Assembly (NCBI RefSeq): GCF_006345805.1
Contig: NC_043004.1
Location: 3,038,001-3,102,000, forward strand
Direction: 5' to 3'
DNA length: 64,000 bases
DNA from: Octopus sinensis
Lineage: Eukaryota
The notes beneath the pieces are model-generated. The model saw nothing but the letters and a program-made list of their open reading frames with translations, was not told the DNA's origin and ran no database searches. Shown piece by piece: positions 25,800 through 37,293 of this stretch (position 1 is the stretch's first letter; each line of letters starts with the position of its first letter). The translations under genes were made by a program, and so were the position numbers.

Positions 25800-26320
25800 T
25801 TCTGCTGACTGTACAAAGAAGGAAGAATGAGTTCATGGATTTCAGCCAGAAGCCAGATTAATTGACATATTTGAGCAGCAGACCTTGACAACCGGAATGA
25901 CTAAACTATAGAGTTAAGAAACATCATAACCTTCAAACCTACATATGCTGACCAACAGTCTCATACCATTTCAAACCAGCTGCAGCAGAACTGTGTCAGT
26001 GTTCCGGTCGCAGATAGCGTGAGGAAATCTTTGTCATTAAGCGATTAAAAGAAGTTAATAATTTACAGGGCCCATAGCTCTTCAATATCCTTCCAAAATG
26101 CCTAACAGACCTGCTTTGTGTGGACCTAGGTGTCTTCAAAGCAAAACTGGATTTCCTCTAGTCAAGGGTTCCAGATAAGCCTATTTCACGGCAGGAAACA
26201 CAGATGAAGGCAGCAGTATCAAACTCCCTCGTTCACCAAATGCCACATATCAGAGGAGGTTTCAAATAAAGGTGTAACCCAGACAACGGTAGTGCCCCAG
26301 CATGCCCGTAGCTTTGAAGC
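25800..26320 (+). mobile_element. CR1/L2-group LINE 3' end
   Basis: QGP*LFNILPKCLTDL..LGVFKAKLDFL*SRVPDKP..RQETQMKAAVSNSLVHQ; 3' UTR gtgccccagcatgcccgtagc. Confidence 0.8.
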
Positions 26321-26347
26321 TAAATCAATTTTAAGAATTAAAGTATA

Positions 26348-27149
26348 TATTAGGTTATTCCGAAAATAATGGCCGCTCTAAGTGTTGTATTTAGAAACGC
26401 CATTTTATCACAGTATTTTAGTTATATTTTAGGTGAATACATACTTAATGATTGATGAATGTTCTTTAATAAGTTTCTACTTATTTCAGACAGAAAACAT
26501 TCTTAAAGCATAAGCGCCCTTAAATATGAAAATGACAAAAAAGGACCTTCGCTTACTTTTCTTGCATGAGCTCAAGCTTGGGCACAATGCCTCCCAAACT
26601 ACTGCCAATATCAACAGAGCATAGGAATAGTGGTCCATAAGTGATTCTACAATACGAAGGGGGTTTCAGAAATTCCGTAGTAGTGATGAGAGCCTTGAAG
26701 ATGAAGAAGGTAGTTGACGGTAATGCAGTCTTGACAATGAATAATTGAAAGCATTATTGAACAAAACCTACGTCAAATGTCAGAGAAATGTCTCAGGCAC
26801 TTGGTGTCGGTATTGCAACAGTCTTATGCAATCTGCAGGAGATTGGTAAAGTGAAAATCAATGAAAATAAAAAATTTGGGCGTTTTGAAATGTGCTCGAT
26901 GATCTTCCCGTGAAACACCAATGATCCTTTTCGTAACCGAATAGTCAATTGTGACGAAAAGTGGATTCTTTGTGATAAACGTAGACGATCAGGTCAATGG
27001 CTTGATCGTGATGAGTCCCCCAAACATTTCCCAAAGCCACAGTTGCTTCATCAAAAGATTATGGTGACTGGTCGGTGGTCTGCAATTGGTGTTGTCCATT
27101 ACAGCTTCCTGGAAGCCAATCATCGCAGAAGTTTACTGCAATCAACTCG
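26348..27149 (+). pseudogene. Mariner transposase pseudogene (Hsmar1-like), 5' two-thirds
   Basis: TA+TTAGGTT terminus; ATG 26526 MKMTKKDLRLLFLHELKLGHNASQ..TIRRGFQKFRS.DESLEDEE..; NDPFRNRIVNCDEKWIL (first catalytic D); KIMVT..WSAIGVVHYSFL; multiple stops and frameshifts. Confidence 0.93.
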
Positions 27150-27450
27150 TATGTATATATGTGTTATGTAATGTATGTATATAATAGCTTAATTATATAT
27201 ATGCCTGTATATGTTTATATGTATATATATGTACTCATAAATATGTAAACGTCTTTATATGCGTGTATATACACATGTATATATAATATGTATATATATA
27301 TATATATGTTTGTAATTATATGTATATGCATATATATGTACGTATGATTCTTGTAGGTAGTCATAATTTTCGTCATGTTTATAAGTATTTTGCATAGGCC
27401 ATAAGTATGTTCGTGCGTTTTTCCATGTCTGGATGTCGCATGTGTTAGAG

Positions 27451-27830
27451 CAGTGCTTCTTATCCACTTTTGGCCAATGGTCCCCTTTGAATCTTGTTCC
27501 AATCTCTCGGACCTCCATTACCATTCGATGAGTATAAGAAAATCTTACTGTATAATTAAATATAAGAGATTCTTATGAAAGCATACTCTTTCACTGGCTT
27601 CAGTCATTTGACTGCAGCCATGCTGGAGACCCTCCTTAGTTAGCTCTACTTGAGCAAATCGGCCCCAGGACTTATTCTCGCTATCTCTTTGCAGAAGTTA
27701 TAGGGACATAAACACACCAACACCGATTGTCAAACTCAGACACAAAACGCACACAGCCATATACATATATATACATACATACACCTATAAATATATATGT
27801 GTGTGTGTGTATGTGTGTGTGTGTGCGTGC

Positions 27831-27861
<31 letters not shown>

Positions 27862-28133
27862 CTTATACACGATAGGTTTCTCTCAGTTTCCGTCTACCAA
27901 ATCCATTCATAAGGGCTTGGTTGGCCCGAAGCTATAATAGAAGACACTCGCCTAAAATGCCACGCAGTGGTACTGCACCTGGAACCATGTATTTCGGAAG
28001 CAAGCTTCTTACCACACAGTCACGCACGCCGACGCCTATAATACCACACAGCCACGTCTGCGCCTATAAATTTTAACAACAAAATTTGATATGGATCCCC
28101 AAGGGCCATATGCACCCCGGATGAGAAACACTG
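27451..28133 (-). mobile_element. hAT (Charlie-like) MITE with nested SINE
   Basis: TIRs cagtgcttcttatcc / ggatgagaaacactg; 8-bp flanks tgttagag / tgctagaa (6/8). Confidence 0.8.
27585..28025 (-). mobile_element. SINE family B, full length, nested in hAT MITE
   Basis: Tail, internal (TG)n and head all present in reverse orientation. Confidence 0.88.
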
Positions 28134-28400
28134 TGCTAGAAATAAGGTAGTTCAATTGTTGAGCTGATGACAGTTCTTCAGGTAGAAACAAGTGTCGACA
28201 GCTGTCTTCTTGTTTCCATTTCAACAATGGGAAATTCTTGGTTATTGAAGTCTCCTCCATTTTTCCTTTAAAGCTGCTACCATCTAGCACGTGATGCATG
28301 GTCTACCCTTTCTAGAAACGAAGAAACTGCAATAGATTGGTACTTAGTACAACAACAGAGACACAGACAGACATACATAGATACATACATACAGACAGAC

Positions 28401-28486
<86 letters not shown>

Positions 28487-28676
28487 ATAGATAGAGAGAG
28501 AGAGAGGGATATAGATACACACCCATACATACATTACATTACATACATACATATATACATACATACATACATACATACATACATACATACATACATACAT
28601 ACATACATACATACATACATACATACATTACATACATACATACATACATTACATACATATACACACATAGATACAT

Positions 28677-29092
28677 ACTCTATCCAGATTACAAGTTCAG
28701 GTTTATACCTGAAATTATTGGGGCTCTGGGATATGTGACACACTGCCTAAATACCAATCTTGAGAAATTAGGCTTCTCAAAACTAGACAGAAGAAAGCTA
28801 ATTCAAAGACTACAGATCCAATCCTTCACTGGAACTGTAAAAAATCTGTAAAGCTTTCCAGAAGTTTATCATTTAAATATATATGCGCATGTCGAGATAT
28901 GCAAGTATACGCATGATAATACATACATAAAGTGAGTCATACAAATCTGAACATCTTCACACATACAAACAAACAAAAATACCCTGTTGTTGATGTTGAA
29001 ATTCCAATGAAGGAGCCTTGGATCTAGGTTAGAAACCGGCTCTTTCTCTATTGGCAAGAAATCTTGAAATAAACAGAATAATGACATACATA
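28677..29092 (+). mobile_element. RLE non-LTR element 3' end embedded in (TACA)n
   Basis: LYPDYKFRFIPEIIG-LGYVTHCL..LEKLGFS..KLIQRLQIQS.TGTV; UTR ends aatgacatacata. Confidence 0.8.
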
Positions 29093-29384
29093 AGTATACA
29101 TTTGTGCATGTGAGTTTGTACTAATCCACTTGACAAACAGGGGCTGGTGTTGGTTTGTTTACACCTCCGTAACCTAGCGGTTTGGCAAAGGAGATCGATA
29201 GGAAAAGGGTGAGACTATGAGCGATTTGTTCCACTAAACCGTTCCAAGCAGTACCCGAGCATGACTGCAATCTAAATGAGTAAGACAAGTGACAGATGAC
29301 AGAAAAGAGGAGATAGAGATAAAGAGATAGAGAGGGGAGAGAGAGAAAGAGATTAGCAAATGTGAAGAAGAGAAAACATCATAG

Positions 29385-29795
29385 GCGCAGGCATGGCAGT
29401 GTGGTAAGAATTTTGGTTCCAAACCACATGGTTCTGGGTTCAGTCCCACTGTGTGGCACCTTCGGCAAGTGTCTCTTACTATAGCCTTAGGTCGACCTAA
29501 GCCTTGTGAGTCGATTTGATCGGTGGAAACTGAAAGAAGCCTGTCGTATACGTATATGTTTGTGTGTGTGTGTTTTTGTGACTGTGTTTGTCCCTCCCCC
29601 CCCATCATTTCTTGACAACCGGTGGTGGTTGTTTAAGTCGCCATAACCTAGCGGTTTATCCAAAGAAACCGATGGAATAAGTATTAGACTTAAAAATATA
29701 TCCTGGGGTTGAATTCTTTGACAAAATCATTTCAAGGCCGTGCTCCAGCATGGTCGCAGTCAGTTGACTGAAACAAGTAACAGAATAAAAGGATA
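29385..29795 (+). mobile_element. SINE family B, full length
   Basis: ggcgcaggcatggcagtgtggtaag head, ggttcagtccc B-box, ggcaccttcggcaagtgtc CORE-like segment, tail; another 3' half at 29130-29290. Confidence 0.9.
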
Positions 29796-29846
29796 AATGG
29801 GAATCTGCTTGTGTGTATGTGGTGTGTGTGTGTGTGTGTGTGTGTG

Positions 29847-29897
<51 letters not shown>

Positions 29898-29954
29898 TTT
29901 GTGTCTGTGTGTGCGTGCGCACGCGCGCCTGTCTTTCTAACTGTGTTTGTCTCA

Positions 29955-30054
29955 NNNNNNNNNNNNNNNNNNNNNNNNNNNNNNNNNNNNNNNNNNNNNN
30001 NNNNNNNNNNNNNNNNNNNNNNNNNNNNNNNNNNNNNNNNNNNNNNNNNNNNNN
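29955..30054. other. Assembly gap (100 N)
   Basis: Run of N. Confidence 1.
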
Positions 30055-30221
30055 TCATTCTTTCGGGGTCGATAAATTAAGGACCAGTTGCGTACTGGTG
30101 TCGATCTAATCGACTAAACTCCTCTCCGAAAATTTCGGGCCTTGTGCCTAGAGAAGAAAAATAGTAATATTTTATTTGCTTTATTTGCTTTGAGAAAAAT
30201 AGTAACATTTTATTTGCTTCA

Positions 30222-30410
30222 GTTATTAGACTGCAGCCATGCTGGGGCACCGCCTTGGAGAATTTTTATTCGAGGAAATCGAACCCAGGACTTTTTTGTT
30301 GTTTGTTAAGCCAGGTATTTATTCTATCGGTCATTTTTGCCGAACCTCTAGGTTACCAGGACGTAAATACACCAATACCTGTTGTCAAGCGGTGGCGAGG
30401 GACACACACA
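30222..30410 (-). mobile_element. SINE family B, 3' half
   Basis: gactgcagccatgctggggcaccgcc. Confidence 0.85.
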
Positions 30411-30714
30411 TACAGAAAGACTCCAACGCAGACAGACACAAACACACGCACACGCACGCACACATACACACACGCACAAAGGCGCATTTATATACATGTA
30501 TATCTATATACTATATATATATCTGTATATATATATATACATATATATTTATGTATATATTATATATAGAGATATATGTATATTATATATACATACATAC
30601 ATATAATTATATATATATATAATATATATATATATATATTATATGTATATATTATATATATATATATAATATATATATATGTATAATATATTATATATAT
30701 ATTATATACATATA

Positions 30715-30747
<33 letters not shown>

Positions 30748-30837
30748 ACGGGAAGCTTATGAAAATAGACAAAATGAAGGCAGGTGAAAACAAACGAACA
30801 GTGTATTATATATATATATATATATATGTATATATAA

Positions 30838-30900
<63 letters not shown>

Positions 30901-30901
<1 letters not shown>

Positions 30902-31038
30902 CGTTTGATTTATTGTTTTCCAAGGCCGCGGATGTAAAGTCGTGTGTTGGAAAAGAAATTGTTATGTATATACGTTGATTTATTTGTTTTCCAAGGCCGC
31001 TGATGTAAAGTCGTGTGTTGGAAAAGAAATTGTTATGT
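30901..31038. repeat. ~70-bp tandem duplication
   Basis: acgtt(t)gatttat(t)tgttttccaaggccgc(g/t)gatgtaaagtcgtgtgttggaaaagaaattgttatgt twice. Confidence 0.92.
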
Positions 31039-31136
31039 TTCGGGATCGTCTTTATTTTTCTTGCCAAATAAACACACGCACTGTATATTAGTTCTTCATT
31101 CGCTTATTACAGTTCTTCTGTTAATTTATGTCCATT

Positions 31137-31180
31137 GTCAGGAGCTCTTTCGTCACACATCTGTGACCTTTTCAGCGACC
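31137..31180 (-). ncRNA. Hammerhead-like motif (family-3 helix II), core CUGAAAA
   Basis: GGUCG-CUGAAAA-G-GUCAC agaugu GUGAC-GAAA-GAGC-UC; palindromic AGAGCU helix III; G8 changed to A. Confidence 0.6.
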
Positions 31181-31232
31181 CTTCCATCCACGTGTAAGAA
31201 AAGAAATTGACCATCCCAAAATATAACAATAA

Positions 31233-31263
<31 letters not shown>

Positions 31264-31278
31264 AGTGTGCATTTATAT

Positions 31279-31317
<39 letters not shown>

Positions 31318-31331
31318 TACATACATACACA

Positions 31332-31362
<31 letters not shown>

Positions 31363-31672
31363 GATACATATAATATATATATAGAACAATATATATATAT
31401 ATATATGGGTGAGAGAATTAGTACTAATTTAATAGTATATCTATTCAACACCAAGTGGCCTAGTGCTCCGAGAAACCTGGATTATTATAATATTTTATAA
31501 TATATTATAATATTTTTACAAATAATATAAGAGAGTGGTCACTATATGGCTCACTCTTGCACTAGTTAATCCAAAAGGTTTCAAACACAAAAATACATGT
31601 TTCCCATGAAAGCAGTACGATTGTTGCTCTCACACGGACAGGGCAAATAAAAAATAACAAAAATACAGATTA

Positions 31673-31754
31673 TTTTGGGACAATTGTTTTCGCTATTAAT
31701 GAATTAATGTAATTTTACTTACAAAAAAATCCACTTGTAGCTCGTCAGCCAAAA
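31673..31754 (-). ncRNA. Type I hammerhead motif with long loop 2
   Basis: UUUUGG-CUGACGA-GCUA-(42 nt)-UAGC-GAAAA-CAAUUG-UC-CCAAAA; 6-bp helix I, palindromic ACAAUUGU, one extra A. Confidence 0.75.
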
Positions 31755-31817
31755 CTATCTGGATGAAATCCACTCAATGTATATGTACATGTATATATAT
31801 ACTATATATATATATAG

Positions 31818-31907
<90 letters not shown>

Positions 31908-32201
31908 TAAATAAAACATATGCATATATACATACATATATGTACGTACCTACCTCTACATGTATATATACATGCATATATGGGTACAGGACACCAAAAT
32001 AACTTCGAACACAATGAGAAACGGAAACATAATCACAAAACCAAGGAAATGGACATTTCTTTTAAACAACGAAAAAATAGAGTGCAGGACATACAAAACA
32101 AGGAAAATTCCCCTTCTTCAGTCGCCTTAGTTTCATCTACTCCACGTTTCGAAGGTCAAAGCATATATATATATATATATACATACATACATACATACAT
32201 A

Positions 32202-32330
32202 TGATAGGCTTCTTGCAGTTTCTGTCCACCAGCTCTTTGGTCGGAACGAGGCTATAGTAGAAGACACTTGCCCAAGATTGAACCCGGAACCATGTGGCTG
32301 GGAAGCGAACCTCTTGACTCACAGCCACTC
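32202..32330 (-). mobile_element. SINE family B, 5' half
   Basis: gaacccggaaccatgtggctgggaagc. Confidence 0.8.
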
Positions 32331-32472
32331 ATGCATATATTCGCTATTTTATCAAAATATTTTATCGCTTATTTAGGGGTTGTTTGATAAATACACGTCC
32401 ACACACACACCGAAATTTGCACGCGTAATGCTAATACTTGTGTGTTTATGTAAACAGTTACGTGTGTCTATA

Positions 32473-32700
32473 GGCGGCGAGCTGACAGAAACATTAGCGC
32501 GCCGGGCGAAATGCGTAGCCATATTTCGTCTGCCGTTACATTCTGGGTTCAAATTCCGCCGAGGTCGACTTTGCCTTTCATCCTTTCGGGGTCGATAAAT
32601 TAAGTACCAGTTACGTACTGGGGTCGATGTAATCGACTCAATCCCTTTGTCTGTCCTTGTTTGTCCCCTCTATGTTTAGCCCCTTGTGGGTAGTAAAGAA
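32473..32700 (+). mobile_element. SINE family A
   Basis: ggcgagctgacagaaacattagcgcgccgggcg head, ggttcaaattcc, core. Confidence 0.92.
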
Positions 32701-33145
32701 ATATATATATATATATATATATATGAATGTATGCAGGAAAGGATGTGCTTCTGGCTGAATGGAGAAAGGATTTATCGAGGTGGAGAGGAGAGAGAGAGGA
32801 TGATAGAATTGTACGTAAACCTTTATATATATATATATATATTATATGAGTGGGACGGCTATATATGTGCGGGTGTATGTATGCCTTCCATGAATGTATA
32901 TTTTATGACCGAGAGTCGATGAGCATTTATTAGCGACACAAAGTCCAATCACACACATGCATAAACAACCACAACCACACACACACGCACACACATACGC
33001 ACATGCACATGCTATCATTACACACACACACAAACCTACGCGTACGCACTTACCCTCACACACACACACACATACCTCCTTCTCTTGCACTCTCATGCCT
33101 TAGAAAGAACTTTTTCTTCACCTATTTCCTTACGGTCATTTCAAT

Positions 33146-33345
33146 ATGTGACCGTGTGTGTATCGTTGGCGATTTACCTTCTCCGCCATCCCTTCTTTGG
33201 ACTTTTTCTATATTTCTGACAAAGAGCTCCGCCCGAAACGTGAAATCCTCTTTCTTTTCTTTCCTTTCCTGAGCGTCCAATAACTCAGTACTTGTACCAC
33301 ATCCTCGCGTTGTTTTTTCTTGCTTGTTCTAGTTTGGATTGGCTC
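33146..33345 (+). mobile_element. HHR-bearing repeat family 1; HHR motif 33212-33246 decayed
   Basis: AUUU-CUGACAA-A-GAGC ucc GCCC-GAAA-CG-UG-AAAU. Confidence 0.85.
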
Positions 33346-33351
33346 TCTCTT

Positions 33352-33416
<65 letters not shown>

Positions 33417-33422
<6 letters not shown>

Positions 33423-33572
33423 AATTTGTTGCGTAATAAGATAAAAAAAACCAAGGCTATATAGATATTAGACCATTTATAGATTTTAGTTGTAAGATCT
33501 TCTATCTATAAATGCTCTAATATCTATACAGCCATGGGTTTTTTTTATCTCATTACGCAAAAAATTCTTATA
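33417..33572. repeat. Palindrome, ~68-bp arms, 19-bp spacer
   Basis: Arms 33417-33484 and 33504-33572; same sequence as 46998-47070. Confidence 0.92.
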
Positions 33573-33729
33573 CACACACGCTGACATAGAACCAACGTTA
33601 AACCTCTTCTTCGCAAATTACCGAATCTGGAACTTAACTATGGTCTGTCTATAGCACTTATTCAGCATCACTTGACACCTTTGGGTCTCAATGACACAAT
33701 TATCTCTTATAAACACAACTTCTCGGTAC

Positions 33730-33785
<56 letters not shown>

Positions 33786-34258
33786 CGCGCACGCACACAC
33801 AGAGATGCACACACACACATATTCTATAAGTGTAAGATCGAGGGATCGAGGTGTAAGACACAAAAATAGCTTCGAGCAATCTGTAGTAAATATTAAACAA
33901 CTTTCAGGGCCAACTGTGGTTTATTGGGAGGGAATGTTGTGGATTTTTATTTGTATCGAAGAACGATAAGCTGAGAAAAGTTTTTTTTTTTTAAATTCCA
34001 CGATCGGCGAACAGGGTTGCCAGGTGCGCGAATAAGAATGCAAGAGTTGCGGAAAGGAAGAGGAAAGATCCTGGTTACATATGTTTCATAGCGTGTGGAA
34101 TTTCGGAAGTGGTAAAAATCTAAGTGTGGTTTCTACCGCCGGCTACTCTTGAGGCCAAGGATATCTTGATTAAATTAAAGGTTACACTGTCGCAAGGAGG
34201 TGTATGTTGACGCAAGGAAGATTCGATAGGAATGCATAGAGAGCACAGTATGCCCACA

Positions 34259-34465
34259 GGCATATGGCGTAGTGGTTAAGAGCGTGGGTTGCTATCCCCC
34301 AAATCCCGAGTTCGATTCCAGGCAGTGACCTGAATAATAATAATAGTAATATTAATGATGATGATAATAATAGTAATAATAATAATAATAATAATAATAT
34401 AATAATAATAATAATAAAATAATAATAATTAATAATAATATGATGATATAATGATGATGATGATG

Positions 34466-34528
<63 letters not shown>

Positions 34529-34680
34529 TCGAAAAATACCTTAGGAATGAGAACCCAGGTTCGAAATTTCCCCAAGACACCTGATGAAGGCTGGAGTTTA
34601 TATCAACAGAAGCATTGTGTTAACAACAAAAAAGATGAGGACAAATATCCGTCAATTGTAAATAATGTAAATAATGTGTA
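34259..34680 (+). mobile_element. tRNA-headed element with (AAT)n body and HHR-like tail
   Basis: A-box TGGCGTAGTGG 34265-75, B-box GTTCGATTCC 34310-19; ACAC-CUGAUGA-A-GGCUG..GUGU at 34577-34620 with the GAAAC box decayed. Confidence 0.75.
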
Positions 34681-35351
34681 TATATATGTAGGGAGAAATA
34701 AGTATCAGAAGACGGGAAGAAAGAAGAAAATATAAAGAAGTGAGAGGAAGGAGGACTTTAAGCAAGGTCAGTTGACTGGTAGTAAATAATAGATGTTGTT
34801 TTGGCTGGATCATAGAATTTAGTAAGGAGAGTGGTATTTGAAAAGAAGATAATTTGGAGAGGAAAGGGTGAGGAAATATTTTTAGTCGCGGGGAAGAAAC
34901 AAAAGTCTGTATGAATAAAGCAAGTTAGCTTGAGGAATTTAAGCACAGTTATTTGGCTGTGGGTTATTCAAAGGGCGTTTTTTAGTCGAATCTCAGAAAT
35001 TAGCAGGGAAGTGGTATTATATATAAAAACACACACTCACACACATATACATTTATATACAAATATATACTCCTCTTATACTATGCTCTCCACACACTGT
35101 AATAGAATCTTCCTTGCGTCAACATACACCTCCTTGCGACAGTGTAACCTTTAATTTAATCAAGATATCCTTGACCTGAAGAGTAATCGGCAGTATACAT
35201 CTTGCTTGGATTTTACCACTTCCGAGGTTCACCTTGCTATGAAACATATGTAACCAGGATCCTTCCTCCTCCATTCCGCAACTCTTGTATATGTATGTTT
35301 ATCGTTAGCCACTACACACATTTTTTTCTCTCCTTGTTTTTTCTGTGTACG

Positions 35352-35385
35352 TTTCTGTAGACGAGCGTAGGCTCGAAACGTAAAA
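35352..35385 (+). ncRNA. Hammerhead-like motif family 2 (CUGUAGA core)
   Basis: UUU-CUGUAGA-C-GAGC guag GCUC-GAAA-CG-UA-AAA within repeat 35300-35482. Confidence 0.7.
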
Positions 35386-35478
35386 GATTTTTTCTATTCT
35401 GGAGCGTTATACTAATACATCTATTTGTTTTGTACACCACCTGTCTGTCTTGTCTTTTTTTTTTTTTCGTAAAACTTT

Positions 35479-35558
<80 letters not shown>

Positions 35559-35760
35559 ATAAGCAAATCATGGAAAGAAAGGACAGGCTATTGCTTGGAG
35601 TGAAGAGGAAAGTTGTTCGAACATGTTTCTGCTTCAATAGGTGTCATCAGCACGGCAATTGTCCGTTCTTATCTTCAGCAGCCAAAGGACTTTAACATAT
35701 ATGTAATGAAAAGAGTCCAGTTATTTCTCTTAGTTCGTTTCACTATGTACCACGTCTTAT

Positions 35761-36115
35761 AGGCGCAGGCGTGGCTTTGTGATAAGAAGTTTGATTCCCA
35801 ACCACAAGGTTCTGGGTTCAGGCCCGCTGCGGTACACTTTTGACAATTGTTTCCCACTATGGCTTCGGGCCGACCAAAACATTGTGAGTGGGTTTGATAG
35901 ACGGAAGCTATATCTGTGAGTGTGTTTTTTCCGTCATCACTGCTGGTCAACAATATTGGTGTATTTACGTCCTCATAACTTAGCGGTTCGGCAAAAGAGC
36001 ACCTATAGAATAAGTACCAGGCTTTAAGAATAAGGACTGGGATCGATTGATTCCACTAAAAATTCAGAAGGCGGTGCTTCAGCATGGCCTCAGTCTAATG
36101 ACCAAGGCAAAGAGA
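35761..36115 (+). mobile_element. SINE family B, full length
   Basis: ggcgcaggcgtggctttgtgataag head to ggcggtgcttcagcatggcc tail. Confidence 0.9.
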
Positions 36116-36395
36116 AAATACACACAGATGTGCGCGTACTTCACGCATGTAAGAGCCTACACGCAGGGGTCGCCAAGTGTGCACGGCACTGAGTGTCCTG
36201 CATGCCAGCTGTCCAATTCCTGATGTATGGATCACTGAAATGCCCCCAGCTTCGTTCCGATATTTATCCCTGCAACACCTTTCTAACTACACACCTACGT
36301 ACGTTCCCCACCCGAAGTATACAAAAAGGATTTATCTTTGATATCTGGTATCAGCGCATCTGTTGAAGTGATTAACTACTCCGGCAGCGAAAATT

Positions 36396-36910
36396 TTTTC
36401 TCCACGAGAGTTCCGGACCCCAGTAATGAACTCATTTGCATACATCCAGTCAGAGCTCACCTTGACCTTGTTGTCAGGTTAACAAACACACTCTAGACGA
36501 AGAACGGTGTTATAAGTCGACCGATCGCCATGTTACGCCTGATTTTAGAAAGAGACGAGTAATTAGATTTGTATCTATACTTATTATCGGATTTTGTTAG
36601 GGCCCCTTATGGTAAAGATGTGGATGAAGAAAATGTGGGTAGAGGGTTATGTACTAGAAGCCCTCTCCCCTTACTGTTTTACAAAGTAAACAGCAACACA
36701 AATAACTACACAGAGGCAGCCATTGTAGCAACAAGAACAAGAACAACAAGCATTCTTAAAAGAGAAAAGAAGCATGGTCCTTCTTTACCCATGTGACCTT
36801 ATCTTCACCCATCACTTGTTATGCGCTCATAAGTTAGATTGACAGTTGAGCTCTGATTGGCTGTGTACAAATGAGTTCATAAACGGGGTCTGGAACTCTC
36901 GTGGGGAAAA
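36396..36910. mobile_element. Element with ~64-bp inverted repeats (MITE-like)
   Basis: Arms 36396-36459 and 36847-36910: ccacgagagttcc(g/a)gacccc..atgaactcatttg..cagagctca. Confidence 0.7.
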
Positions 36911-37059
36911 GAATTCGTGCCCTGGCACCAGTCTTGAAGAGGTAGGATTACCAAAACAGGATGATTACACACACAAACACACAAAAATAATAATAATAAA
37001 TTCCGTTTAAGAAATCGTAATTACAATAAACAGATTTGAAGATAAGTAAATCTTTTACT

Positions 37060-37254
37060 TTCAGTTAAGACTGTGACCATGCTGGAGCACCGCTTTGAAT
37101 GATCCTTAATCGAATTAATCATTCCTAGTACTTATTTTCGTTTCAAACCTAACACTTATTGTATCCGTCTCTTTTGCTGAACCGCTGGATTAGGCGAACG
37201 TAAACAAACCAACGCGGGTTGTCATGTGGTGATGGATTACACAGTTACAAAAAT

Positions 37255-37293
<39 letters not shown>

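Noticed and set aside
30901-31038. Tandem 70-bp repeat considered as a CRISPR-like or satellite array
   Set aside because: Only two units with no spacers, in a eukaryotic context; simple local duplication
34259-34331. tRNA gene
   Set aside because: A and B boxes are present but the acceptor and anticodon stems do not pair; it is a SINE-type head
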